A stretch of 64,000 nt of DNA, taken from the NCBI GenBank assembly GCA_023393065.1, contig JAEWMX010000006.1, forward strand, positions 54,378-118,377, in the 5' to 3' direction. Under the pieces are notes generated by a model. The model had not been told where the DNA came from. It did no database searches and was given only the letters and a program-made list of their open reading frames with translations. How positions within the stretch are numbered: the stretch's first letter is position 1; the number at the start of each line of letters is the position of its first letter. This DNA comes from Bacillota bacterium. Its GTDB lineage: Bacteria > Bacillota_I > Bacilli_A > RFN20 > CAG-826. Below are positions 46,642-57,029 of this stretch, in pieces. The position numbers and the translations under genes are program-made.

Positions 46642-48164
46642 AAAAATCGATTTTGTTCTTACCTCTTTTAGCCCTCGCTTTAGCGGGTTGTGATAATACA
46701 AACACTTCCACTTCGAGCGGCGATCCTCTTCCGGCCCCCTCGCTAGTCGATCCAAATCAAGAAGAAATAACTCATGCCCCTATGGATGGTGAGATTATCA
46801 AAGTGCTGCATCTTAATGATACGCACGGCTCGATTGAATATCTGCCGGAAAACAATGAACCGGGCATGGCTCGCATCGCTGGCTATGTGAATGGAAGGCG
46901 CTACGGAGCCAATACCAATGTCGTCCTTCTATCTTCTGGCGACATGTTTCAAGGCAGTCTAGATTCCAATATCAACAAAGGCCGATTGATGATCGACATT
47001 ATGAAAGAGATGCGCTTTGACGCCATGACGATTGGCAATCACGAATTTGACTGGGGCGTCAATGTTCTTTCGGATAACGCTTTGTATGCGATGAATAAAG
47101 AACAAGGAGATTGGTCCTTCCCCTTTCTCTCCGGAAATATTCTTAATCCTGAAAACGAATATGATTTTGGCTATCTTTCTACGACTTTTAATCGCGGTCC
47201 AGCCCGTGTCAGCATTATCGGTTCGACCGATAGTGGGGTTTACAGCTCGATTGATGCGACAATTGTCGAAGGCTATGATTTCGTCGGTGCGACCAACATG
47301 GTTATTGCCGAAGCGCAGAGGCTTCGCGCTGCTGGCTCCGACATTATCATCTACTCGACTCACGACGGAGATAAAACCGTCGATGTGGCAATCGCCGACT
47401 ATGTCGATGCCGTCTTCACTGGTCACAATCACCATAATTCCGTTTTGACGATGACATCTTCAAGTTCAAAAGTCGTACCCATCATCGAATCTTCATCTAA
47501 TGGTCGCGCTATCGGCGAAGTCGATTTTATCTACGATGCCGAAAGCGGCGATTATCAACTTAGCAATTACAAAAACTCCTATCCTTTGGATGCCACACCG
47601 TTAACCGAGGATGTCGGAGTGAAGGCCATCTATGATGCCTACCTTGATGCTCCCGCGCAAGATGGACCGGTCTCGGCATCGAGTCTTCGCGCTTTGAAAA
47701 CCGAGCCAGTCGGCGAGATCACGAATGATTCCACTTTTGCTTCATATGGTTCAATCAGCAAGAGCGGTGTTCGCAGAATGTTTCTTCTTGCCCAACTTGA
47801 AGCATATTCGTCGTATGACATCATCGCTTCTTCTTATAATGATGCTCGCTCAGAATGGAGCGTCGGGGAAATAACCTATTCCGACATTTATAAAGCTTTT
47901 CCCTTTGATAACGCCACTGTTATCGTCGAAGCGACAGGAGCTCAACTGCGCAACTGGAGCACGGCCACAGAGTACGCGGAAGGATATTCGAAATACACAT
48001 TAAGCAATACGACGACATACCGCATCGTGACATCGACATACATTATTAATAATAATGAAACCTACAACTATACGAGTGTTTATCACGCTGATGAAGATAT
48101 TTTCCAACGCCATGTCCTGTATCAAGAATTTCTAAAAGCCACCGAACCGAATCCTTGGGGCTAG
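46638..48164 (+). CDS. lipoprotein metallophosphoesterase / 5'-nucleotidase family
   Basis: 508 aa. Lipobox LALAGC. Calcineurin-like motifs HLNDTHG and GNHEFDWG. Confidence 0.8.
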   Translation: MKKSILFLPLLALALAGCDNTNTSTSSGDPLPAPSLVDPNQEEITHAPMDGEIIKVLHLNDTHGSIEYLPENNEPGMARIAGYVNGRRYGANTNVVLLSSGDMFQGSLDSNINKGRLMIDIMKEMRFDAMTIGNHEFDWGVNVLSDNALYAMNKEQGDWSFPFLSGNILNPENEYDFGYLSTTFNRGPARVSIIGSTDSGVYSSIDATIVEGYDFVGATNMVIAEAQRLRAAGSDIIIYSTHDGDKTVDVAIADYVDAVFTGHNHHNSVLTMTSSSSKVVPIIESSSNGRAIGEVDFIYDAESGDYQLSNYKNSYPLDATPLTEDVGVKAIYDAYLDAPAQDGPVSASSLRALKTEPVGEITNDSTFASYGSISKSGVRRMFLLAQLEAYSSYDIIASSYNDARSEWSVGEITYSDIYKAFPFDNATVIVEATGAQLRNWSTATEYAEGYSKYTLSNTTTYRIVTSTYIINNNETYNYTSVYHADEDIFQRHVLYQEFLKATEPNPWG

Positions 48165-48233
48165 TGTTATAAAATCATAATTTCTTGTTCATTTACTTGA
48201 TTTGTGCCACGATAATTGGCAAGAGGTTTTGGT

Positions 48234-48500
48234 ATGGTTAAACGCATCTTTGGAATCATTTTTGCCCTTGTAGGTCTCGCCGCGATAACCGTCGCCGTAA
48301 TATTCGGCATTCAAGCCGTTCAAGATTTATTGGCATATGTTGCCGGCGGTATCGATCCCTTAGCCCCAATTGCGTTTGTGATTTTTATTGTCATGGTCGC
48401 GGTGTGGGTCGCCCTTTTCATCATCGGCGTCGTCATTTTTATCCCGAGCCTCATCGTTGCGATCAAAGGTCCGAAAAAGAAAAAGTCAACCACAGCATAG
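48234..48500 (+). CDS. small membrane protein (two TM helices, Lys-rich C-terminus)
   Basis: ATG 48234 is 8 nt after AAGAGG. 88 aa. Confidence 0.45.
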   Translation: MVKRIFGIIFALVGLAAITVAVIFGIQAVQDLLAYVAGGIDPLAPIAFVIFIVMVAVWVALFIIGVVIFIPSLIVAIKGPKKKKSTTA

Positions 48501-48546
48501 AGTTCGTGGTTTGGCTAATTAAACCCATTCGGCTATAATTGAGTTA

Positions 48547-49209
48547 ATGATTGACAAAAACGAGAATAATCTCAAAGAAACGCAAGTTGATAGCGATCAA
48601 ATACAAGATATAAATAGCAAGAAAAAAGGGCGGTTGATTTCTTATCTGCCAGCCCTTTTTATCGCTTTGATAACGATTAGCCTGCTTCTTTTGATTATTC
48701 TTGGAACGATTTTTGGCGGAGGCGCGAATCCAGAAAATCAGGAGCGGGCCTTACACAGCATTGAATTCACTGGAGAAATCGCCGCTTTTGATGAGAATTA
48801 CACTTATGTCGCGACCGTCGATGAAGAACCCGTTTTTGTCATCGAACAAGGCTTTCGTTGGGATAGTTTGAAATCAGAAGTACATATTAATATACCATCC
48901 TATGAAGAGAGTGTGAGCGTCGATATTGATTTTGGATTGTTCAATCTCAAAACATATGGCGATTCGGCATCCAATGGCGAGAACTATGTTTTTAAAGCCT
49001 ATGATTCCACGAATAGTCTTTTGAACTCCAAGGCGTTAACGAATGCTCAAAACGACAGCCAAGGCCAAGTGGTATTTGAATACGAAAATATCAATTACAT
49101 TTCAATTGTCTTCAATGAGCCGATCACGACAATCGGCGAAGACACGACAAGCGGATACTTGTACTTAAAGAGTATATCTGTTCACGAAATTTTGAATTAT
49201 TCAAAGTAG
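48547..49209 (+). CDS. membrane-anchored hypothetical protein
   Basis: 220 aa. Single TM helix (LPALFIALITISLLLLIILGTIF), then a soluble domain. Confidence 0.5.
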   Translation: MIDKNENNLKETQVDSDQIQDINSKKKGRLISYLPALFIALITISLLLLIILGTIFGGGANPENQERALHSIEFTGEIAAFDENYTYVATVDEEPVFVIEQGFRWDSLKSEVHINIPSYEESVSVDIDFGLFNLKTYGDSASNGENYVFKAYDSTNSLLNSKALTNAQNDSQGQVVFEYENINYISIVFNEPITTIGEDTTSGYLYLKSISVHEILNYSK

Positions 49210-50348
49210 ATTGAAAAATATAGTTTTTGAAATGGCGAATACTCGCTGATGTAATAGACGGTATCGCCGGTTTCGGGATCGGTTGTTTCGCCGATATCGG
49301 GATTGTCGACATAAGAGGACACGCCTTCATTTCCGACGATCATGAGATAGAGGTTATTAAACCAAGTCGCTAAATCGTCGAGAAAATTATATTGTTTCCA
49401 GTAGTTGCGAGAATACTGGTAATCGCCTTTGATCTCAGGACGTAGCGAATTCGATAATTCAGCGTATTTATCGTCATCTCCAACATAGTTGGCCAATGAG
49501 ATGAGGCTATAAAAAGTCGTGAAGTAGCCCGAATAGCGAAGATAAGGGTTTTCACTGTTTAGAAGCACGCAAGCGGCAACCAAATTTGCATCTTGTTCGC
49601 GCATCGCACCCTTGGAGTGGGCAATTTCGTGTGCCATCGTCGAGACGAGTTGCGAGTCCGGTGTGAGATAGTTGATGTTTGGCTCCGTCGTCGGAGCAAA
49701 CGAAATACCTGTAATGTTAAATTCGCGAAATAAGAAAGAGAGAAACATCGGTTTGACATTTGGTGTGAAGTCCGTGAAGTAATCGGATTCCAGGCGGTCG
49801 AATTCAATCTTAAGCAGAACGCTCAATTCACGAATTGTATAAGGTTTTATAACACTTCCGCTCTCATTGAATTCAAGTTCGTCCGCACACGAATTAAAGT
49901 CGTTTAGAAAGTGCTCGATAATAGGGACGTAATCGGTATTTTCAACATCTTCTTGATACTGGGGAATGTCAACCGGATAACGGCCATAAGCAACACCGGC
50001 CGTTGAAAAATAATAAGCAAATGTCGAAGCGACAACAAGGATTAGAACAAGTGCTTTATTTAGTCCTAACAAACCTCTTTTTTTGCTTAAATCGATAATT
50101 ATAAAAACGATGAGAACTATTATCGTGACGCCGAAAAGAATAAAGAAAGCCTCGGCAATAGAAAACGGAATGAGGCTGATAAGAGGACCAATAGCTGATT
50201 GGATAAATCGATAGTAGGTCCGCGTCCAAAATTCAGAAGAAGAGGGAAACAAGCGAATAATAATCAGCGCAATAAACGCCAAAATAATGGCGATTAGAGC
50301 ATAAATCTTCGCAAAAATGGCTTTTTTTAGCTGATCTTTTTCTATCAT
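49197..50348 (-). CDS. DUF3810-like membrane protein with HExxH zinc-metalloprotease motif
   Basis: 383 aa. N-terminal TM helices. STMAHEIAHSKG. Confidence 0.65.
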   Translation of the reverse strand: MIEKDQLKKAIFAKIYALIAIILAFIALIIIRLFPSSSEFWTRTYYRFIQSAIGPLISLIPFSIAEAFFILFGVTIIVLIVFIIIDLSKKRGLLGLNKALVLILVVASTFAYYFSTAGVAYGRYPVDIPQYQEDVENTDYVPIIEHFLNDFNSCADELEFNESGSVIKPYTIRELSVLLKIEFDRLESDYFTDFTPNVKPMFLSFLFREFNITGISFAPTTEPNINYLTPDSQLVSTMAHEIAHSKGAMREQDANLVAACVLLNSENPYLRYSGYFTTFYSLISLANYVGDDDKYAELSNSLRPEIKGDYQYSRNYWKQYNFLDDLATWFNNLYLMIVGNEGVSSYVDNPDIGETTDPETGDTVYYISEYSPFQKLYFSIYFE

Positions 50349-50380
50349 GTGCTTATTATATAATGACTTAGATAGATTAT

Positions 50381-51427
50381 CTATTTTCTCTTTTTCCCAT
50401 CGCTTTTTGCCGTTTTTTCTTTTCTAGACATCAAATCGCGAACGGTGTCTTCAATCGTATTATAAAAAGGTCGGACTCGAAATCCCAATTCTCGAACGGC
50501 TAAAGCGTTTGAAAAGTTTGAATTAGACACCAGCGTATCCATCGAGTAGGCGGTGAAAATAGGCGGCTGCCTTTTAATTTTCGACCATAGAGCGGCGAGG
50601 GGCGCAAACATTTTGACAAACCAGATTGGAAGAACGCTGCGAATTTTTCTTCGCCGCGATACGCGGCTGGCAATCTCGATAATCTCGTAAACCGTGTGAT
50701 ATTGTCCGGATAAGAGATAGCATCTTCCTTCAACGCCACGGTCAGCTGCTTTTATTATTCCATCTGCGACATCGCGGACATCGACGATGTTATAGCCTCC
50801 TTTAACAACTGAAGTCAAAGAGCCGTCAAGATAATTATTTAAGACAGCCGTGAAGTGTCCATTCATCTCATCGTTGGGGCCAATGATTCCCGAAGGATGG
50901 ACGATAATCCCTCTGAGACCTTCTTTGACCGCATCCAATACATATTGGCTCGCTTCGGCTTTTGTCTTTGCGTAAAAGCCATTGACTTCTTCGGGACTAA
51001 AATGGTCCTGTTCGGTAATCACTTTTTTCTTTGATAATTCCTTAAGGGCGTGGACGCTGGAGACATAGATAAATTTCTCAACATTGCGCTTTTTTGCAAT
51101 GTCGGTGATGTTTTTCGTACCGGTGACATTCACATCATAGACGAGTTGATTAAACGAGCTTTCGACCGTGATGATTCCCGCGCAATGAATGACTATTTGC
51201 GTCGCCTCTTCAGATTTAAAAGATAAGAAATTTTCGACATCCTCGTATTTGCGGATATCTCCTTCGACAAAGTATATTTCGCCTTGTTTTTGGTTTTCAA
51301 ACTCACGTTTTTTATCGTGAGGTAAAATGAAGGCGACGATCGTTTTCTTAAGCCCCAGCAAAAGGTTGACGATCGTGCGGCCGAGGTGCCCGGTCGCACC
51401 GGTGATATAGTAAATAATATTTTTCAT
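50381..51427 (-). CDS. NAD(P)-dependent epimerase/dehydratase (extended SDR, 3-beta-HSD-like)
   Basis: ATG 51427 preceded by GGAGGTG. Rossmann TGATGHLG and YxxxK (YAKTK). The ORF-track N-terminal 23 aa are not coding. Confidence 0.8.
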   Translation of the reverse strand: MKNIIYYITGATGHLGRTIVNLLLGLKKTIVAFILPHDKKREFENQKQGEIYFVEGDIRKYEDVENFLSFKSEEATQIVIHCAGIITVESSFNQLVYDVNVTGTKNITDIAKKRNVEKFIYVSSVHALKELSKKKVITEQDHFSPEEVNGFYAKTKAEASQYVLDAVKEGLRGIIVHPSGIIGPNDEMNGHFTAVLNNYLDGSLTSVVKGGYNIVDVRDVADGIIKAADRGVEGRCYLLSGQYHTVYEIIEIASRVSRRRKIRSVLPIWFVKMFAPLAALWSKIKRQPPIFTAYSMDTLVSNSNFSNALAVRELGFRVRPFYNTIEDTVRDLMSRKEKTAKSDGKKRK

Positions 51428-51550
51428 AAATACACCTCCTTCTTTATTATGGAATAAAAAAGAAATAATATGCAAATAATCGAAGTTGCGCGCCAAGAAA
51501 AAATAGTATTGTTATTAACTAACAACTGTCGAGTATGTTAATATATTGAT

Positions 51551-52039
51551 ATGATTAAAAAAGCAATTTATCCTGGTTCGTTTGACCCCGTGTCTAACGG
51601 CCACATCGATATTATCGAGCGCATCTCGCGGCTTTTTGAGCGCGTGTTCGTGGTCGTGGCAGTCAATCCCAATAAGAACTATATATTTACGGCCGATGAA
51701 CGCGTAGAAATGCTGCAAAAAGCGACGCGCCACCTCTTAAATGTGAGCGTTGAAAAAAGCGATCAGATCCTCGTCGATTATGTTCGTCAAAAAGGCGAAG
51801 GCGTCATTATTCGCGGCGTGCGCAACGTCAACGACTATCAAAACGAAATTACGATGTATCAATTCAATCACACGAGCGATCCAAATATCGAGACGCTGAT
51901 CATGTTCCCTTCTAGTCACAATCTCTTTATCTCCGCTTCTTACATAAAAGAATTAGCTCTTTTTAATGCCGATATTTCGCCATATGTCCCAAAGGGACTC
52001 GCTGATTTTATCTCTCAAAAAATTCGCGAAAGAAAATAA
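51551..52039 (+). CDS. coaD: phosphopantetheine adenylyltransferase
   Basis: 162 aa. YPGSFDPVSNGHIDII with the (T/H)xGH nucleotidyltransferase motif. Confidence 0.9.
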   Translation: MIKKAIYPGSFDPVSNGHIDIIERISRLFERVFVVVAVNPNKNYIFTADERVEMLQKATRHLLNVSVEKSDQILVDYVRQKGEGVIIRGVRNVNDYQNEITMYQFNHTSDPNIETLIMFPSSHNLFISASYIKELALFNADISPYVPKGLADFISQKIRERK

Positions 52040-52115
52040 GAATAAACTTGAGCTCTAATCATTTTTTTAGCATTTTTAATAATTCGATTTATAAATAGGA
52101 AAAGGGGGTGTTGAT

Positions 52116-53030
52116 ATGTTCATCTTTCGACCATCGCTAAAAATCTTTAAGCGCAGTCTTGACTTATACGAATATAAACGGATACGCAAGACCAAACCTT
52201 TTGCCGAAATAAGCGGATGGAAAGACATTCCTTATATCGCCGATAATAATGTCGAACACCTCCTCGATATTTATCATCCTGTCGGCCCGCGAAACAATCA
52301 CCTCATCCTCGATATTCACGGAGGCTCTTATGCCTTTGGCTTCAAAGGTCTAAATTACATCTTCAATTCGTATTTCGTCGCCAAAGGCTTCTCTGTTGTC
52401 GCAATCAATTACACCCTCGTCAAAAAAGGTACGAGCATCTACGAGCAAGTTCTCGACATTTTCGCGGCTCTTAATTTTCTTGAAGCGAACAAGGAAAAAT
52501 ACGACTTGCCCTTAGATAACTTTATCCTCTTGGGCGATTCGGCGGGTGGTCATCTAGCTCTCTTGACTGATTTGATATTTAAATCAAAAGAAGCGCAGGA
52601 TTACTACGGCATCAAACGCCTTCCCGACATTAAAATCAAATGTGTTGCCACTAATTGTGGAGTCTATGATTTTGAGGAAGTCGTCGAATATGCCAAGCGC
52701 GTTATTCACAAGTCGGCTATGCCGTATTTATTCTCAAATAGATACCTCGAAAGAGACTTTTTGAAAATGAACAATCCGGCTTATTACATAAGAAAAGTTA
52801 AACCTGATCCCGTTTTTGTCTCTTCTTGCCATTACGACTTTCTTAAGAAGCACAGCTTTATGCTTCGCGATGAGCTTCTGAGGCAGGCGTTGACCCACCA
52901 TTATGAATTTGAACCTTCTCTCGATATCAAAATCGGCCATGTTTACAATCTCGTCTTGCCGGATAGCAAACAAGGCAAGCGCACCAACGATGCGATGGCC
53001 GAATTTTTCCTTCGCGATTTCTCGAAATAA
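52116..53030 (+). CDS. alpha/beta hydrolase (esterase/lipase family)
   Basis: 304 aa. HGGSYAFG and GDSAGGHLAL motifs. Confidence 0.75.
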   Translation: MFIFRPSLKIFKRSLDLYEYKRIRKTKPFAEISGWKDIPYIADNNVEHLLDIYHPVGPRNNHLILDIHGGSYAFGFKGLNYIFNSYFVAKGFSVVAINYTLVKKGTSIYEQVLDIFAALNFLEANKEKYDLPLDNFILLGDSAGGHLALLTDLIFKSKEAQDYYGIKRLPDIKIKCVATNCGVYDFEEVVEYAKRVIHKSAMPYLFSNRYLERDFLKMNNPAYYIRKVKPDPVFVSSCHYDFLKKHSFMLRDELLRQALTHHYEFEPSLDIKIGHVYNLVLPDSKQGKRTNDAMAEFFLRDFSK

Positions 53031-53104
53031 TTACGTTTTATAATTTTCATTGAAAATTACTTTTGGTTGCGCGCATAACGAAGATAATATAAGATTTATG
53101 TGCT

Positions 53105-55714
53105 ATGAAATTAAACCAAAACCAAACGCCGTTTCTCGATGCCTTAGTCAAATACGTCAATGAAAATATATCCCCTTTTGATGTTCCCGGACACCATATG
53201 GGCAATGTCGAAAATCGCTTAAAAGATTTTTTAGGCACGAAAACTTTTCGTAGCGACGTCAATGCCCCTATCGGTCTCGATTCCCTTCAACATCCGACTG
53301 GGGTCATCGCTCAAGCCCAAGAGTTGATGGCTGATTTTACAGGCGCTGACCACAGTTACTTTTTAGTTAATGGCACGACCAGCGGCATCATCGCGATGAT
53401 TATGTCGGTTTGCAAAGCCGACGACAAAATTATCTTACCGCGCAATGTCCACAAATCGATTATCAGCGCTTTGGTGTTATCGGGTTCGATTCCGATTTAT
53501 GTAATGCCAAAAATTGATCGGCAATTAGAAATCGCCAACCAGCCGAGTCTCGAGGACTACAAGCGAGCGATTCTCCGCTATCCGAGCGCCAAGGCCATAT
53601 TGGTAATCAACCCCACTTATTTTGGTGCGGTGAGCGATCTTCGCGAAATAACCGCTTTTGCCCACGCCCACAACGTGACTGTCTTAGTTGACGAAGCTCA
53701 CGGGGCGCATTATTACTTTAGTAAAAACGGACCACTCTCGGCGATGGCCTGCGGTGCCGATCTCGCCAGCGTCTCCTTTCACAAAACGGGCGGATCCTTG
53801 ACTCAATCAAGCGTTCTTCTTTTAAAAGGCGATCGCGTTTCGCCCAGCGAAGTTCAAAAATCATTGAGTATCATCAACACGACATCGCCATCGAATATTC
53901 TAATCGCCAGCATCGATGCCGCTCGCCACTTCGCCGCGACCAAAGGCCAAGAAGCGATGGATCAAGTTCTTGAATTAGCGCAACATGCCCGCGAGCAAAT
54001 TTCGAAAATTAAAGGATTTATTCCCCGCGGCCGTGAGCACTTTTTACAAAAAGGCTGTTTTGATTATGACGAGACCAAGTTGGTAATTGAACTTGATCAT
54101 CTCGATTTGAGCGGCTTTGACCTCTACTATCTCCTTAAGGAGAAGTATCAGATTCAAGTCGAATTGGCCGAGACATATGTCGTTCTTGGAATTTTGGCCA
54201 TCGGCACCAAAAAAGAACACCTCAAGCATTTATTCTCCGCTCTAAAAGATATTAGTCGCGAGCATTATAATCGCAAAATTACTTATCCTCGCCACTCTTT
54301 TAGCGTCGGGTTCCCCTATCTTCTCGTTCGCCCTCGCTCGGCGTTTTACGCACCGAGCAAGCGAATCCCAATTATTGATGCCGCCAACGAAATATCAAAG
54401 GAATCAATCATGATTTATCCACCCGGAATCCCCTTAATTATTCCCGGTGAGATTTTTACCAACGACCTGATTGAGAGAATCAAAACATATAAGCAGACAG
54501 GAATCACGATGATCAGCGATTATAGCGACGGCACCGTAAATGTGATTGATAAAGAGCATTGGAATCGCTTCTCTTCTTATCAGAAAGCATATCAAGACTA
54601 TTCCACAAAACGCATCACGACACCACATAACGACGGCTATTCCATGCCTTTTGAGGGCGATGCCCATCAGGCGACATTCGTCCTTCTTCCTTTCCGCAAA
54701 GATACATGGCGCGAGGGAGCCAAACCTGCTCGCGAAGCATATAAAGATGTGATTCGCGCTATCGCTCATTTCGAGCCGGTCATCGTCGGTATTCATCCAA
54801 CTATTTACGATGTCGCTGCGGGTGAATTTTCGAATATTGACAATGTGAATATCATCAAAATTAAATACAACGATGCCTGGGCTCGCGACAACGCGCCAAT
54901 CTTTGTCAAGAAAGGCGCGAAAGTTCGCTCCGTTGATTTCCGTTTTAATGCCTGGAGCGGCGATGAAGGCGGACTATATTCCAATTACTTCGACGACGAT
55001 CGGCTCGCTAGCGTCTTGTCAAAGAAGCTGAACATCAGCAGTTATTATATCGAGGATTTTGTTCTGGAGGGCGGAAGCATCCATGTCGATGGTCAAGGCA
55101 CATGTCTTGTCACGGAAGCATGCCTTCTTTCCAAAGGCAGGAATCCCCACCTTAGCAAACAAGAAATTGAAGAGACGCTAAAAACCAATCTCGGCATCGG
55201 CAAAGTCATATGGCTTAAAAATGGCATTTATCAAGATGAGACGAGCGAACACGTCGATAACATGGCTTGTTTTGTCCGCCCGGGCGTGATTGCGCTAGCG
55301 TGGACCACGGATCGCAGCGACCCCCAATACAAGTATTCGCAAGATGCATATCGAGTTCTCAAGAATGAAACGGATGCCAATGGAAATCCGCTCACCATCG
55401 TCAAAGTTCGCTTGCCCAAACCAATGTACATGAGCAAGGACGAAGCAAAAGGTATTCGCGGTTCTCGATCAAACGCCAAAAAGCGCGAGCCAAACATGCG
55501 CTTGGCAGCATCTTACATCAATTACTATCAAGGCAAAGATTTTGTCATCCTTCCCGCCTTTGGCGTCAAGGAAGACAAGGCGGCTTACGACCAATTCGTG
55601 GAGCTTTATCCTGACAAAAAAGTTGTGCAAGTCAATTCTCGCGAGATACTTCTCGGGGGCGGTAACATCCACTGCATAACAATGCAAATACCTGAAGCGA
55701 AAAAAGGAGAATGA
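53105..55714 (+). CDS. bifunctional fusion: Orn/Lys/Arg decarboxylase-family arginine decarboxylase (SpeA-like, N-terminal ~500 aa) fused to agmatine deiminase (AguA, C-terminal ~365 aa)
   Basis: Single 869-aa ORF. N-terminal half colinear with Bacillus-type SpeA (PGHHMG, SFHKTGGSLTQSS PLP-lysine region). C-terminal half has AguA motifs (YSMPFEGDAHQATFV, GGGNIHCITMQ catalytic Cys). Confidence 0.85.
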   Translation: MKLNQNQTPFLDALVKYVNENISPFDVPGHHMGNVENRLKDFLGTKTFRSDVNAPIGLDSLQHPTGVIAQAQELMADFTGADHSYFLVNGTTSGIIAMIMSVCKADDKIILPRNVHKSIISALVLSGSIPIYVMPKIDRQLEIANQPSLEDYKRAILRYPSAKAILVINPTYFGAVSDLREITAFAHAHNVTVLVDEAHGAHYYFSKNGPLSAMACGADLASVSFHKTGGSLTQSSVLLLKGDRVSPSEVQKSLSIINTTSPSNILIASIDAARHFAATKGQEAMDQVLELAQHAREQISKIKGFIPRGREHFLQKGCFDYDETKLVIELDHLDLSGFDLYYLLKEKYQIQVELAETYVVLGILAIGTKKEHLKHLFSALKDISREHYNRKITYPRHSFSVGFPYLLVRPRSAFYAPSKRIPIIDAANEISKESIMIYPPGIPLIIPGEIFTNDLIERIKTYKQTGITMISDYSDGTVNVIDKEHWNRFSSYQKAYQDYSTKRITTPHNDGYSMPFEGDAHQATFVLLPFRKDTWREGAKPAREAYKDVIRAIAHFEPVIVGIHPTIYDVAAGEFSNIDNVNIIKIKYNDAWARDNAPIFVKKGAKVRSVDFRFNAWSGDEGGLYSNYFDDDRLASVLSKKLNISSYYIEDFVLEGGSIHVDGQGTCLVTEACLLSKGRNPHLSKQEIEETLKTNLGIGKVIWLKNGIYQDETSEHVDNMACFVRPGVIALAWTTDRSDPQYKYSQDAYRVLKNETDANGNPLTIVKVRLPKPMYMSKDEAKGIRGSRSNAKKREPNMRLAASYINYYQGKDFVILPAFGVKEDKAAYDQFVELYPDKKVVQVNSREILLGGGNIHCITMQIPEAKKGE

Positions 55715-56580
55715 CGAATATGAAAGTTGCCATAACCCAGTTTAAAATGTCGTGGAATATTGAAGAAAACCTCTCAAAAGCTGAACAAATGGTTCGAAAA
55801 GCAGCACAAAAAGGCGCGCAAATAATTCTTCTTCCTGAACTTTTCAAAACTCCGTATTTTTGCCAAAAGGAAAATTATGACTACTTCGACTTAGCGGAAG
55901 AAAGCGAATCCTCACCGACGATTTCGCGCTTTCAGAAATTGGCCGCAGAACTGAATGTCGTCTTGCCAATATCCTTTTTTGAAAAATCCGGCAATGTCCA
56001 TTTTAACTCTTTAGTCATGATTGATTCCGACGGCAAGAATCTAGGCTTATATCGCAAGTCGCACATTCCGACTGGAGAATGTTATGAGGAAAAATTTTAT
56101 TTTTCGCCAGGCGACACCGGCTTCAAAGTATTTAAAACAAAATGCGGGCGAATCGGAGTCGGCATTTGCTGGGACCAATGGTTTCCGGAAGTGGCGCGAA
56201 GCCTCGCCTTGCTCGGAGCCCAACTTATCGTCTATCCAACCGCAATCGGAAGCGAGCCGGTTCTCCCTAAAGATTCCAAAGATCACTGGCAGAATACTAT
56301 GCGTGGGCATGCAGCGGCCAATATCATTCCGGTCTTAGCTTCAAACCGCATCGGAACCGAATCTGATAAGGACTCGGCCATGACCTTTTTTGGCAGTAGT
56401 TTTATCGCTGATGAAGATGGCAATATCGCCGTCGAGTTGTCGCGCGATGAAGAAAATATTGCCATTGCCGAATTCGATTTGAAGAGCATTGACAAAAAGC
56501 GTATCTCTTGGGGCGTCTTTCGCGATCGCCGCCCGGATTTATATGGAAGCATCATCAATTTTGATGATTCAAAGAAGTAA
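55711..56580 (+). CDS. aguB: N-carbamoylputrescine amidohydrolase (nitrilase/CN-hydrolase family)
   Basis: 289 aa. Catalytic triad context (LPELF, RKSH, GICWDQWFPE). Overlaps the stop of the fusion gene. Confidence 0.85.
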   Translation: MTNMKVAITQFKMSWNIEENLSKAEQMVRKAAQKGAQIILLPELFKTPYFCQKENYDYFDLAEESESSPTISRFQKLAAELNVVLPISFFEKSGNVHFNSLVMIDSDGKNLGLYRKSHIPTGECYEEKFYFSPGDTGFKVFKTKCGRIGVGICWDQWFPEVARSLALLGAQLIVYPTAIGSEPVLPKDSKDHWQNTMRGHAAANIIPVLASNRIGTESDKDSAMTFFGSSFIADEDGNIAVELSRDEENIAIAEFDLKSIDKKRISWGVFRDRRPDLYGSIINFDDSKK

Positions 56581-56585
56581 CTGAC

Positions 56586-57029
56586 ATGGGCATTCACGCC
56601 TTTTTAGCCGGTGCAAATGCCGTCTGCTTTCTTAAAAACAAACATAAGTACGCGATGATTTGCGCATGGGCGACAATGATTGATTACGATGTTGTGGGAC
56701 TCCTGATTGGCGAGCAGAGCGTCACTGGCAAAAACTTGGAAGTAGGAATGATGATTGGCGTATCTGCCCTCAGCAAAGAACAAAAAGACATCGCCATCAC
56801 TTTCGGCAATAATCACAGCGATGAAGTAGATAAATTTGCGAATGTTCCTCATGAAATCGATGAGAGCGCCATTCTTATTAAAAACGCCAAAAACAATCTC
56901 GTGTGCAAAATTGAAAATATTATGCGTTTGAACGCCGAAAACGACGATTTATTTGTCGTCGCTAAATTCGTGAGAACGAAAGAGGATAAAGCAAAAGATT
57001 TTCTTGAGGCTGAAGAAGTTTTTCGCTAA
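56586..57029 (+). CDS. flavin reductase-like (FMN-binding split-barrel) domain protein
   Basis: 147 aa. MICAWATMIDYD... pattern typical of Flavin_Reduct family proteins. Confidence 0.55.
   Translation: MGIHAFLAGANAVCFLKNKHKYAMICAWATMIDYDVVGLLIGEQSVTGKNLEVGMMIGVSALSKEQKDIAITFGNNHSDEVDKFANVPHEIDESAILIKNAKNNLVCKIENIMRLNAENDDLFVVAKFVRTKEDKAKDFLEAEEVFR

Noticed and set aside
50381-51496. Long N-terminal form of the epimerase/dehydratase gene (start 51496).
   Set aside because: ATG 51427 carries a GGAGGTG RBS and begins right at the Rossmann motif. The upstream 23 codons lack an RBS.
53047-53262. 71-aa minus-strand ORF overlapping the start of the SpeA-AguA fusion gene.
   Set aside because: Antisense to a strongly supported gene, with no RBS.
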